64,000 bases of DNA from positions 1 to 64,000 of the IMG/VR virus record IMGVR_UViG_3300021591_000018; one strand, given 5' to 3'. The position numbers were made by a program, and so were the translations under genes. Below, piece after piece: positions 18,613 through 27,101 of this stretch; within the stretch, counting starts at the first letter, position 1; each line of letters begins with the position of its first letter. The stretch is from a virus. The notes under the pieces are model-generated. The model had not been told where the DNA came from and did not search any database. It was given only the letters and a program-made list of their open reading frames with translations.

Positions 18613-19301
18613 TTTCCAGGTTCACCTCCCCAGATTAGATAGTGCAATTGAGGCAATATTCGCACATCATACTCAGGAAGATAGGAAGTTGACCATTCGA
18701 ACAACTTCTCGAGGAACTTCATATAGCCGAATTCTGAGGCAGTCTTCGATTCAGGTTGTAATACAACCGTTACAGCACTTTCAAGTTCATATAGGATGTC
18801 TCTAACTTCCCAAAGATCTGCTGGACGAGTTATGACGAACTTCAAGTAGGACTCATTTCCATAGAGTTCAGATTGCTCAACAATATAGTTCAATACGTCC
18901 ATCTTAACTGCATCGGGAATGCCTGAGTTTTTGAGTTTTGGCGACACACTCCAAACGTCAACCACCTCTAACAACCCATCGGATGGCTTAATCGTACCAT
19001 TCGTCTCTACCATCAATGGAAAGAAGTCTGTCTTGTTTAGGAACTCTGTGAGTTCCTCGTGATCCTGGAGGAGTGGTTCACCTCCAGTCAGAACGAGTGC
19101 ATCCTCCTCGAGCCCTTGTACTGATACCACCCGGTAAAGTTTATCGACCGTGATGTCATGTCCTCCAGCCCATGCGTACTTCGAGTCGCACCACTTACAG
19201 CGCAAATTACATCCAGCAAACCGTACGAAGACTGACGGTTTGCCAATGTACAAGCCCTCGCCCTGGATGCTACGGAAGATCTCAACTACCTTCAAAGCCA
19301 T
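18609..19301 (-). CDS. queE: 7-carboxy-7-deazaguanine synthase (radical SAM)
   Basis: EIFRSIQGEG...FVRFAGCNLRCKWCDS, TGGEPLLQ, ETNGT, SPKL, PQLH. Confidence 0.95.
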   Translation of the reverse strand: MALKVVEIFRSIQGEGLYIGKPSVFVRFAGCNLRCKWCDSKYAWAGGHDITVDKLYRVVSVQGLEEDALVLTGGEPLLQDHEELTEFLNKTDFFPLMVETNGTIKPSDGLLEVVDVWSVSPKLKNSGIPDAVKMDVLNYIVEQSELYGNESYLKFVITRPADLWEVRDILYELESAVTVVLQPESKTASEFGYMKFLEKLFEWSTSYLPEYDVRILPQLHYLIWGGEPGK

Positions 19302-19720
19302 CGCACAGTCACCCCTTGAGTTGGACCTTCTGATATCGAGATCGCGGACACGACTTCATATCCAACTGCTCCATCGATTGCAAGTTTGATCTCCTGTGCA
19401 AGCCCCTCGACGGTTGTGTAACGGACCGGTTTGAGATTGTCGACAAGCGGTTTCGCTTGCGTACGACTTTCATATATTAATCTCTGAAAGAGCTCCATAT
19501 AGTCTTCAGGTATCAGTAACTTATGATCGAAGTTCTCCTTTATTGCTTTCTTCACGATTCCAAAGTCAACTGACATACCGATTTCGTCCAACCTATCGAC
19601 AACCAACTCAACAGTAACGAAGTACGTATGTCCATGTATACCTCCACATTTCGGATGCCCTGGAATAAAGTGAGCTGCTTCGAATGTCGTCTCAACAGTC
19701 AATCTCATACGAGGTTCCAT
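19292..19720 (-). CDS. queD: 6-carboxy-tetrahydropterin synthase
   Basis: FEAAH...KCGGIHGHTY, DFG, FDH, TVEGLA. Confidence 0.92.
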   Translation of the reverse strand: MEPRMRLTVETTFEAAHFIPGHPKCGGIHGHTYFVTVELVVDRLDEIGMSVDFGIVKKAIKENFDHKLLIPEDYMELFQRLIYESRTQAKPLVDNLKPVRYTTVEGLAQEIKLAIDGAVGYEVVSAISISEGPTQGVTVRWL

Positions 19721-20046
19721 TCCTCAACTACCTCTCGGAAGATCTTACTCAACACCCACTGTTGTAATCCTTTCTTTCGACACAGTACCAGTAAGTTTTT
19801 GTCACCTAACGTATGTAGCTGTATCCTCAATGGCTGTACACCTCGATTCGTAAGTTCACTCATGATAAACGGATTTATTGGTAACCCAAGTCGATCGAGA
19901 GCAATACAATACCGTAGGACTTCAATCGTCCGTTTCTTCAAATGACGAAAGCCCTTCTTTCGTAATGCAAGGAATAGAAGCTGAGGATCAATTCGCTCAG
20001 CTAAGTCACGCACCATTTGAAGTACTTCCTCGACGTTCATACTCAT
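19705..20046 (-). CDS. Winged-helix DNA-binding protein
   Basis: Basic helical protein with a LHTLGDKNLL wing-like end; coupled to the helicase gene. Confidence 0.5.
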   Translation of the reverse strand: MSMNVEEVLQMVRDLAERIDPQLLFLALRKKGFRHLKKRTIEVLRYCIALDRLGLPINPFIMSELTNRGVQPLRIQLHTLGDKNLLVLCRKKGLQQWVLSKIFREVVEEWNLV

Positions 20047-21184
20047 GCTTCACACTCTCCAGGACAGTTGGATGAAGTTTTACAGTTGCACCATCGGTAT
20101 GGATGAGATGTAACCGATGCATATCGTAGATTAGTTGAGTGGCCTGATCCCAATCCATTCCGAAAAGCAATAACCTCTCCTTAAGTTCGACAACACTCAT
20201 TGGTCCATCTACTAGTAGTGCGATTACCTCAGCAAACTCAGCACCTCTACGGATCTGACGTCTGAAATTGTATCCGTCAATAACCAATCGTTCGGATTCC
20301 TTATCGAGGGTAATCTTCAACGTCTTTCCAACTCGACCTTTCATTACGGTGTAGCCGATCAACAATCGCTCGAATAACGGCTCCTCGTAGTGCACCATAC
20401 CGAGATCGTCAAACAACCTGAAGACAACCTCATCGAATGTAATATCGTCAATCTGTTCGAGTTTCTGTATGAGTTGACGTACACCACGACGTATGCGATC
20501 CGTACGAATTGGATTGTATCGTTTACCTTTAGCTTTGCGTCTTGCTATCTTTAATCTCTGAAAGTCCTTCATTGTCGGTATGAATTGTAGGAAGAAGAAT
20601 CGTCGACCTAAACCAGATGTTAAGTCGTATCGTGCTGGCTGAACTCCAGTCTGCAATGTGACATTCGTTTGGTATTTCAACTCACCAGCCGCAAGTCGCT
20701 TATAGCAGTAACCAGAATCTAAAGCACCAAGCAAGGCAACATCGAGTGTCCTTGCGTACTGTTGTTTCATGATCTCCGTCAAACCAGAAAACTCCTCGAT
20801 TCCAAGAATAGCTTTACTGTAGATAAGTGCCGCTCCAGGGACTGTAATCGGTTCATGATCAACAAATCTTACAGTTCCAACGAACCCAGCTTCGGTTAAC
20901 GTCCCCTCGAACCCGATGTCAATACCGCTATTGTAGAAGATTGCCTGTTCTCCTCTGAGAAATTGCTCAAGCCAGTAAGTCTTTGAGAACCCAGGCGGTG
21001 CAACCATGAGCAAGTGAATCCGTGTGTCCACGACTCTTCCAGCCTCCACGTAGACGTATCGGCGTTTGTTCATCAGGTTAAAGATGTGTGCACCAGCAGA
21101 ACAGATGTAAAATGGTGCGAAATCTCGAACATACGCACAACCGCGAGCCTCCAGTTCCTGGATGATCAACTCGTAGAGGTCCAA
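20006..21184 (-). CDS. MCM-like AAA+ ATPase (putative replicative helicase)
   Basis: IHLLMVAPPGFSKT (Walker A), TEAGFVG, GIEEFS (Walker B), GLGRRF (Arg finger), C-terminal wHTH. Confidence 0.7.
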   Translation of the reverse strand: MDLYELIIQELEARGCAYVRDFAPFYICSAGAHIFNLMNKRRYVYVEAGRVVDTRIHLLMVAPPGFSKTYWLEQFLRGEQAIFYNSGIDIGFEGTLTEAGFVGTVRFVDHEPITVPGAALIYSKAILGIEEFSGLTEIMKQQYARTLDVALLGALDSGYCYKRLAAGELKYQTNVTLQTGVQPARYDLTSGLGRRFFFLQFIPTMKDFQRLKIARRKAKGKRYNPIRTDRIRRGVRQLIQKLEQIDDITFDEVVFRLFDDLGMVHYEEPLFERLLIGYTVMKGRVGKTLKITLDKESERLVIDGYNFRRQIRRGAEFAEVIALLVDGPMSVVELKERLLLFGMDWDQATQLIYDMHRLHLIHTDGATVKLHPTVLESVKHEYERRGSTSNGA

Positions 21185-21205
21185 GCTGCTTCCGACTCCA
21201 CTGAC

Positions 21206-21880
21206 TCATTGATCCTTACCTAGTAACATCTTTATTCGTGCAAGCGTGATCGGTCCAATTCCATCGACTGACAACAATTCACGATCGTTTGCCGTAAGAA
21301 TGTTGTACAGACCACCAAACTTCTCGAATAGTCGTTCAGCAACCTTCGGACTGACCCTCAAGACATTTGCAATATGTGCAATTCGACGATCCTTATGGAC
21401 ACGTCTAAACGACGGACGGTGAGGGACACCCAACTTTCCCTCGGAGATTTTCTCTTCAATTTTGGTTATTGACCGTAACATCAAGACATTCGATTCAAAC
21501 TGAAGGACGGTTACACCGTATCGTACGACTGATGATGCAATTGCACCACAGATTGCATTGAGATTCACCTCAAATCCGTACGACTCGACTTGACGGATAA
21601 GGTTTGAAAACAACCCAACAATACAGAGGAATGGAATCTTGTCGACTGTTTCAGCATAGTCTGAAAGCTCTCTCAACTGGTCAAATAGACGTCCTCCGAG
21701 ACGGACTGAATCACCACGGATTGACTGAAGAAAATCGTTAACGGTCTTCCTTTCAAAGATGCAGTGATCAGTTTCATAATCCCCAACATCAAGCTTACGG
21801 ACAACGTAATCAATCTTAAGAGTACGTAAAAGTTGTCTTATCTCTCGGGGTTCTCTACTGTCAACAATTAAGGTCATCAT
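21206..21880 (-). CDS. ERCC4/XPF-family endonuclease with HhH domains
   Basis: IVDSRE, LDVGDY, FERKT, GRLFDQ, SVDGIGP; short crenarchaeal-type XPF architecture. Confidence 0.9.
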   Translation of the reverse strand: MMTLIVDSREPREIRQLLRTLKIDYVVRKLDVGDYETDHCIFERKTVNDFLQSIRGDSVRLGGRLFDQLRELSDYAETVDKIPFLCIVGLFSNLIRQVESYGFEVNLNAICGAIASSVVRYGVTVLQFESNVLMLRSITKIEEKISEGKLGVPHRPSFRRVHKDRRIAHIANVLRVSPKVAERLFEKFGGLYNILTANDRELLSVDGIGPITLARIKMLLGKDQ

Positions 21881-22601
21881 TTTTAAGACACCTGTTAGCA
21901 ATATTTAAAGTTTTCGTACAATATGACTTTACAGGACAATAGAAACATTGCAGTGACTCCCTTGGCTCAAACTTCCCTTCCCGTATACCGTTCTGGACTT
22001 TCTCAATTAGCCTACGTGTATGGTTGACCGATCGTTCGTTAATCGGTTCGATATAGTACTCGCCAGTTTGTGGGTTGATACAGCCTATCTGTTTAATGTT
22101 GAATCGACTATTGACCACTAGCACATAGAAGTTAAGTTCACGACGAAGACGAACACGATTAAGACTCCCTTGTGAAACTTTATACTCGATCAGGACGTTA
22201 CCGTCAACTCCTCTGTCAATCCTATCAATGATTCCACAAATACCAAGCTCAGGATTCTCCAAACGGATCTCAGTTGCCACTGGATAGTAGTAGTACCATG
22301 GATACTGTAGGTTGTCACGGCACTTGAGGTAACGTTTTCTCTCCAGATGGAGGAAGTTGTAGACAGCTTTCCTCACAAGCTTCGGTTGCTTCAACGCAAC
22401 TTCTCTTGCCCAGTCGTCGAAGTCTTCCCTTTCGAAGAGACTCGGTCGTACATTTTCGAAGAAACGCTGTGCAAATTTGTGAAAGAGTCCACCAACTCTC
22501 ATTCGAACTGAGACCTCCCACTCAATACAGTCGATAAACATGAGTTTGTAACGGTAAGGACACTGTAAGTATGTCATAAATCCAGTCTTCGAGATCAACA
22601 T
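21861..22601 (-). CDS. Cas4/RecB-like PD-(D/E)XK exonuclease with Fe-S cysteines
   Basis: YLQCP, GIIDRID, IEYK, CFYCPVKSYC. Confidence 0.85.
   Translation of the reverse strand: MLISKTGFMTYLQCPYRYKLMFIDCIEWEVSVRMRVGGLFHKFAQRFFENVRPSLFEREDFDDWAREVALKQPKLVRKAVYNFLHLERKRYLKCRDNLQYPWYYYYPVATEIRLENPELGICGIIDRIDRGVDGNVLIEYKVSQGSLNRVRLRRELNFYVLVVNSRFNIKQIGCINPQTGEYYIEPINERSVNHTRRLIEKVQNGIREGKFEPRESLQCFYCPVKSYCTKTLNIANRCLKNDDLNC
21899..21909 (-). promoter_or_regulatory. TATA element TTTAAATATTG (copy 1)
   Basis: Identical 11-mer at four sites; about 20 nt upstream of the XPF ATG. Confidence 0.6.
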
Positions 22602-22683
22602 AACACAGCCCCTACAACCGCGATAGCGTAAAGTATCGACAATGCTAGAAACACCAGGAATTTCCGAAGTTCATCACTCAACC

Positions 22684-25029
22684 TCAAGTTAGCCACCGAT
22701 CCATCGATGACTGTCGCATTCCCTTCGTTACAACCGACCAGTCCAACCCAATGGCAGCGAGAATTCCAGTAAATGGCTTCTTAAGTACTACCTCTCTCAT
22801 CCGGTTCCAGTCGACGATAACCTCAGGAGGTAACTCCTCAACATCTTCCGTTATACAGATGGCATGTGTCGGTGGCTTTCCACGTACGCCTCTAACGTAG
22901 ACTAGACGTGGCTTTTTGTCTTCTCGAAATGTTATCCCAAGGTACTTCGTTGAGTACTCGACTCCCGTGACCCATGGATTCTTGACTTTATATTCAACTT
23001 GACGGATTCCACGTGGTATTGCAACTGACTGAATTGGCAGTTCCGGTAGTCGTTTCCATGTCTCTTGCAGTAGACGAATCGCTCCGTTTACATCGTCGTC
23101 GACAAGGACCTTCTTAAAGAACTCCTTCATGACAGTGCGTGTGACCTCAGCAGTCGAACTTCGTCTTGGTTCGAAACCCATGATGTAGAGGTCGCCCTCC
23201 GTTGTGACTCCTGCGTAACGTTTCTTAACCGAACCCTTCTCACTCGCCTTGAAGAGAATACGTCTGAAGAGACGCTCGAACTTGATCTCAGGTGGGTAAC
23301 GTCCACCAATACGTTCAGTGAATCGCTTTAGTACGTCATTGAGATATGACTCAATCCTTTCGACTTCACTAATCGATGTCGAACGTAGCTTGACAAATAG
23401 TGAGTCAGTATCACAATAGAGTGCCTTGTAACCAATCGCTTGTAGTGCGCGTTCACATTCTCGAATACATGACCGACCAAGGAACGTGATCGCATTCGCG
23501 ACATCTGGATCGAAGAGTCTAAATCGTCGGTACCCACAGACACCGTACATTGATGCTGCAAGGAACTTGTAGAGAACTTCACGTTGACGTATACGTTTCT
23601 TCTCTTCCTCGTCCTCAACTTGACGTCGCAATTGTCGTAGACGTTCACGCTCTTCAACGAACTTACGAGTTACCTTCGGAAGCAGTCCTTCAGGTTCACG
23701 TCTGAATCGCCACTGACCGACGACGATCTCACCATTCGGATCCTTAGTCTCGGGTGAGAGGTTAAATCCGATGATAGTTTTCGGGTAGATGGATTTTAGA
23801 TCAAAACATGCTACGTTCTCGAAAACACCAGGTGGAGGTGAGAAAACTAACGCACCCTTCACCTCCGCATCTTCGGGTGCTGGTTCAGTTGTTGGTAGCG
23901 GTCGATCTGTCTCACGTAACAACTCCGTGTCGATGAGCTTCTTATGTGAGAGTGCCCAACTTAACGGTACACCTATTAGTCGTCGAAGTCGATCGAAGTG
24001 TGCTATGATGTCTGCTTTCTGATCGAGTAACTTCAATGCATATGCGTCGTTGTAACAGTAGTCAAGGAACGTTTCCGGTTCGTTATGACGGATTTCGATG
24101 ATTCGATCACCGTAGTCTTCGTAAGTGAAGCTTGTTTCACGAGCTACGACTCTTTTGAAGTCAAACGTGACCCCGAATGGTTGATCAGATTGTACTCCTT
24201 GACGTCCAGTGCTCCACTTCTGATAAGCACGGAACATATCGAGGAACTCACGACCTTTAATCATGACTTCAGTTTTCGCTTGGAACTTCTGAACCGTTAC
24301 AAGTCGGAATGGTGACATCATTTCGATAGTTGATTTGAGATACCGTGCACGTCTCAACAAATACGGCACATCGAAGAGTTCACCATTGTAAGCAGTCAGG
24401 ACATCTGGGTCAACTCCCCGGACCCAGTTAGCAAACGAGAGTAACATCTTACGCTCATCGTTAAAGATGTGAAATCTGACAGCTGGACGGTACATCTGTT
24501 TAAGTTGCCGTTCAAGTGACGAACCTGATTCGACTAACAGAAAGATATCAATCCAATCGTCGTAGTTGTTTGCACATTGTATCGAGACAATCGGATAGAT
24601 TGGATTCGATGGACGTGGAAGGATCCCAATCGGTGATTCAACCTCAATGTCGAAGTAGAGGATTTTCGGTGGAACTTCAGGATCAATGGACGGAACTACT
24701 TTCCCGTCCTCAATCGTAAAGCCACATCGAATATTTGCATCAATTAAGTATCGTAATACGAATGGGATATCTGCCTCATCAGTCCAAGGATAAAATTCAC
24801 GTTCCGTTCGGACATCTGTCGGCTTTCTTGTGTAGACCTTCCTTACTCTCCGTCCGAAGATATCGACGATAGGTCCGTTCTCGTCTGGTACGTAGAAGTA
24901 CGGTCGGAATGTCGTTATTCGAAAGACCTGACGTTTACGATTCTCGTCTCTGGCAAAGAGATAAATCACTGGCCGCCCTTGTTCGACCTGATACGTTGCG
25001 TTCATTAATGAATACCGCAACCTACTCAC
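22684..25029 (-). CDS. polB: Family B DNA polymerase
   Basis: Exo FDIE, YNGELFD, YCYND; pol DLKSIYP, KFLAASMYG, YCDTDS, KKRY. Confidence 0.97.
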   Translation of the reverse strand: MSRLRYSLMNATYQVEQGRPVIYLFARDENRKRQVFRITTFRPYFYVPDENGPIVDIFGRRVRKVYTRKPTDVRTEREFYPWTDEADIPFVLRYLIDANIRCGFTIEDGKVVPSIDPEVPPKILYFDIEVESPIGILPRPSNPIYPIVSIQCANNYDDWIDIFLLVESGSSLERQLKQMYRPAVRFHIFNDERKMLLSFANWVRGVDPDVLTAYNGELFDVPYLLRRARYLKSTIEMMSPFRLVTVQKFQAKTEVMIKGREFLDMFRAYQKWSTGRQGVQSDQPFGVTFDFKRVVARETSFTYEDYGDRIIEIRHNEPETFLDYCYNDAYALKLLDQKADIIAHFDRLRRLIGVPLSWALSHKKLIDTELLRETDRPLPTTEPAPEDAEVKGALVFSPPPGVFENVACFDLKSIYPKTIIGFNLSPETKDPNGEIVVGQWRFRREPEGLLPKVTRKFVEERERLRQLRRQVEDEEEKKRIRQREVLYKFLAASMYGVCGYRRFRLFDPDVANAITFLGRSCIRECERALQAIGYKALYCDTDSLFVKLRSTSISEVERIESYLNDVLKRFTERIGGRYPPEIKFERLFRRILFKASEKGSVKKRYAGVTTEGDLYIMGFEPRRSSTAEVTRTVMKEFFKKVLVDDDVNGAIRLLQETWKRLPELPIQSVAIPRGIRQVEYKVKNPWVTGVEYSTKYLGITFREDKKPRLVYVRGVRGKPPTHAICITEDVEELPPEVIVDWNRMREVVLKKPFTGILAAIGLDWSVVTKGMRQSSMDRWLT

Positions 25030-25738
25030 CGTGACATAGTGAAACTAAACTCTCTATAAGTCTCCTTGCAAGATGGTACTGTAGTGGTGTCAGCTCCTCT
25101 TCGAATCGTATTCTGCTCAACCTCAGTACGTTATAGTCCATCGGATAGAGCTCTTGGTGGAGATTCTTCGCCAACGTTAGGGGTAGTGACGAGTCAACCG
25201 ACGTTACTTTCTCGTACAGTACAACCTCGTACGGATTGTCAAGTCCCAGTAGGTGGAGTTTCTTGTCACTTAAGTCGAAGTGCTTCAGACAGTACTTCAC
25301 GACTTCTGGACGACAATGGAACCGTTTGTTCAACCAGATCGGAAAGCCGATGTAGCTGTAGCCTTCAAGTGGGAGCAACTGTCTTAGACAGAGTATGAAC
25401 TCAGCAGGATTCGCACCTTGTGGTACTACCATTATTTCTGCTGGCACATCGTAGTCAAGGAACTCCGTTATGCGTTTGATGGTTTCCGTTCGTCTGTTCA
25501 GTACATCTGGTGCTATCACGACATCGACACCTATCTTCGACGTCAGTTCGATGAGCTCTTCGTTACTGATAGTTTTCGACTCGTACGCTCCGTTGTCGAG
25601 CATCTTGAAGACGTTGAGTGCCGAGATGAACTCGACAGTACGTTCGTCTTTCAGTTGCTCTGGAACGAGGAAGAGTCCATCGACCAACTCCAAGAAGTAT
25701 GGTAACGAGCTAGTAGGTGCTATCAGCAAGTACTTCAC
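25022..25738 (-). CDS. TGT-fold protein, putative deazaguanine-DNA transglycosylase (DpdA-like)
   Basis: MLDNGAYE, APDV, VPQG, LHLLG, SVDSS motifs; genome also carries the preQ0 pathway. Confidence 0.65.
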   Translation of the reverse strand: MKYLLIAPTSSLPYFLELVDGLFLVPEQLKDERTVEFISALNVFKMLDNGAYESKTISNEELIELTSKIGVDVVIAPDVLNRRTETIKRITEFLDYDVPAEIMVVPQGANPAEFILCLRQLLPLEGYSYIGFPIWLNKRFHCRPEVVKYCLKHFDLSDKKLHLLGLDNPYEVVLYEKVTSVDSSLPLTLAKNLHQELYPMDYNVLRLSRIRFEEELTPLQYHLARRLIESLVSLCHGE

Positions 25739-25982
25739 AACCGTTCACCTCCTTCCACTTGAGGTAGAGTGTTGCACAATACCCAACTATGTCGGCAAGC
25801 TCATCGAGGAATTTGCGGCTTTCAATATCGATGTAGCGTAGTCGTATGGCTTTCATCTCAAGGACTCGTTGAAGAGTTTCGACCTCCAGATGTCGCCATA
25901 GGTCACCGTACTGTCGTTCCTTGACGTTTCCAACTTCGAACTCACAAAGGTCTCGAATTGCGTCTATGACTTCTTGTACCAT
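25710..25982 (-). CDS. MazG-like / nucleotide-modification-associated alpha-helical protein
   Basis: KERQYGDLW...K..RL...DELADIVGY pattern. Confidence 0.6.
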   Translation of the reverse strand: MVQEVIDAIRDLCEFEVGNVKERQYGDLWRHLEVETLQRVLEMKAIRLRYIDIESRKFLDELADIVGYCATLYLKWKEVNGCEVLADSTY

Positions 25983-26638
25983 GGCATAATCACCCCAAGG
26001 TCAGTCTGCAAGACTTCGACTAACTTATCGAATGTAAGATCTTCGATCTGTTTGTTGTAACCTCTCTGGAATCGACACTTCGTTATTGTTGCGAAGTACT
26101 TCGTCTCATGAGGTAGGATTTGCTTCTGTAAGTGGAGGACGACATCTACCATGTGCTCAGTTTGACGCTGAACTCTCGGTTCATCCATTGGGAGTCGTCT
26201 ACCTTGTTCGTCGTAAAGTGGTCTCGGTTGGCCTGTCAAAATTACGTGGACGTTTGGCTTTGCCATCAACCGGAGAATTAGTCGTCGGTATCGTAGATTT
26301 GCCTTACCCCATTCGAACTGGTAAGGTCGCCCCGATTGTGTTCGGGCTGTTGCAACTCCCTCAAGCCATGCACCAATCCACTGCCAGATATCGGTTACGC
26401 TATCGATGACTATCGTTCCTTCATTGATTTCCTTTAGAAGTCCGACAGCCTCTTCGACTGCCTCGAGTGACTTCACTGGATCAACTTCAGCTGTATTCAA
26501 GTCAAGCTGTGCTGCTTCGAATACCCGTATGTCCTTACTCTTGAACGGCTCCTTCAGCAACAATGGCGCCACTCCAAACTCCGTATCTATGACATGGATC
26601 GGTTCCGGGGCCGTAAGTGCGAAATGTGTCTTGCCCAC
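25964..26638 (-). CDS. Exon 2 of P-loop ATPase (AAA_24/Sak4-like recombinase)
   Basis: Begins mid-Walker A (VGKT); VIDTE and IVIDS Walker B; adjacent to the SSB gene. Confidence 0.85.
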   Translation of the reverse strand: MGKTHFALTAPEPIHVIDTEFGVAPLLLKEPFKSKDIRVFEAAQLDLNTAEVDPVKSLEAVEEAVGLLKEINEGTIVIDSVTDIWQWIGAWLEGVATARTQSGRPYQFEWGKANLRYRRLILRLMAKPNVHVILTGQPRPLYDEQGRRLPMDEPRVQRQTEHMVDVVLHLQKQILPHETKYFATITKCRFQRGYNKQIEDLTFDKLVEVLQTDLGVIMPWYKKS

Positions 26639-26907
26639 ATCCGGGGTGATGAGGATACGCCGGGGTGGCAGAGAGGACCTGGGCCGGTCGAAAGAAAACC
26701 GTCCTCATCACCTTAACGTGACGGTGAGGATGCCCGGGTCGCATAGCGAGGTCAGTCCTCGGTTGGGAAGTGGTTTTCCCACCTCACCGTCTTTCCGTGG
26801 TGGTCCGACCACGTGGGTTCTTGGTCCTGAGTTACCCCGTGGCGCAATGGATCCGCCCTGTCCCACTCAGGACCACCCACCCGGGCGTCCACTATTCCTC
26901 ACCACCA
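26639..26907 (-). ncRNA. 269-nt bulge-helix-bulge (BHB) intron in a protein-coding gene
   Basis: GCCCA/UGGGC exon stem, CCGG/CCGG 4-bp helix, AAU and AUG 3-nt bulges, 11-bp intron stem. Excision restores GPPE-VGKT in frame. About 62% GC by hand count. Confidence 0.9.
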
Positions 26908-27024
26908 TTCCGGTGGGCCCCAGACGAGCACTTTCAGCCCCGTTTTCTTTACGATCTTGTCAGGGGTCTTCCAGACGTCGTCGTATGACTTCTCTTCCTC
27001 CGCACCCATCAAATTCCACGACAT
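26908..27024 (-). CDS. Exon 1 of P-loop ATPase (39 codons)
   Basis: MSWNLMGAEEEKSYDDVWKTPDKIVKKTGLKVLVWGPPE with GAGGTG SD. Unspliced, it reads into WW-stop. Confidence 0.85.
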
Positions 27025-27101
27025 ACGAACACCTCTCGAGGATCACCTCGATATATGGTCGAGGAAGAAATCAGGGTAATCGGACAAACTGAGTGGTCGC
27101 A

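Noticed and set aside
26639-26907. Insert as group I/II intron, hammerhead or C/D guide RNA
   Set aside because: Junctions lack U|...G| and GUGYG...AY; no CUGANGA/GAAA core. One GUGAUGA and two CUGA boxes occur but in non-canonical order and spacing. The BHB explains the junctions exactly.
26406-27092. 228-aa + strand ORF and other ORFs across the intron
   Set aside because: Pro/Ser/Arg-rich antisense product of GC-rich structured sequence; overlaps both exons.
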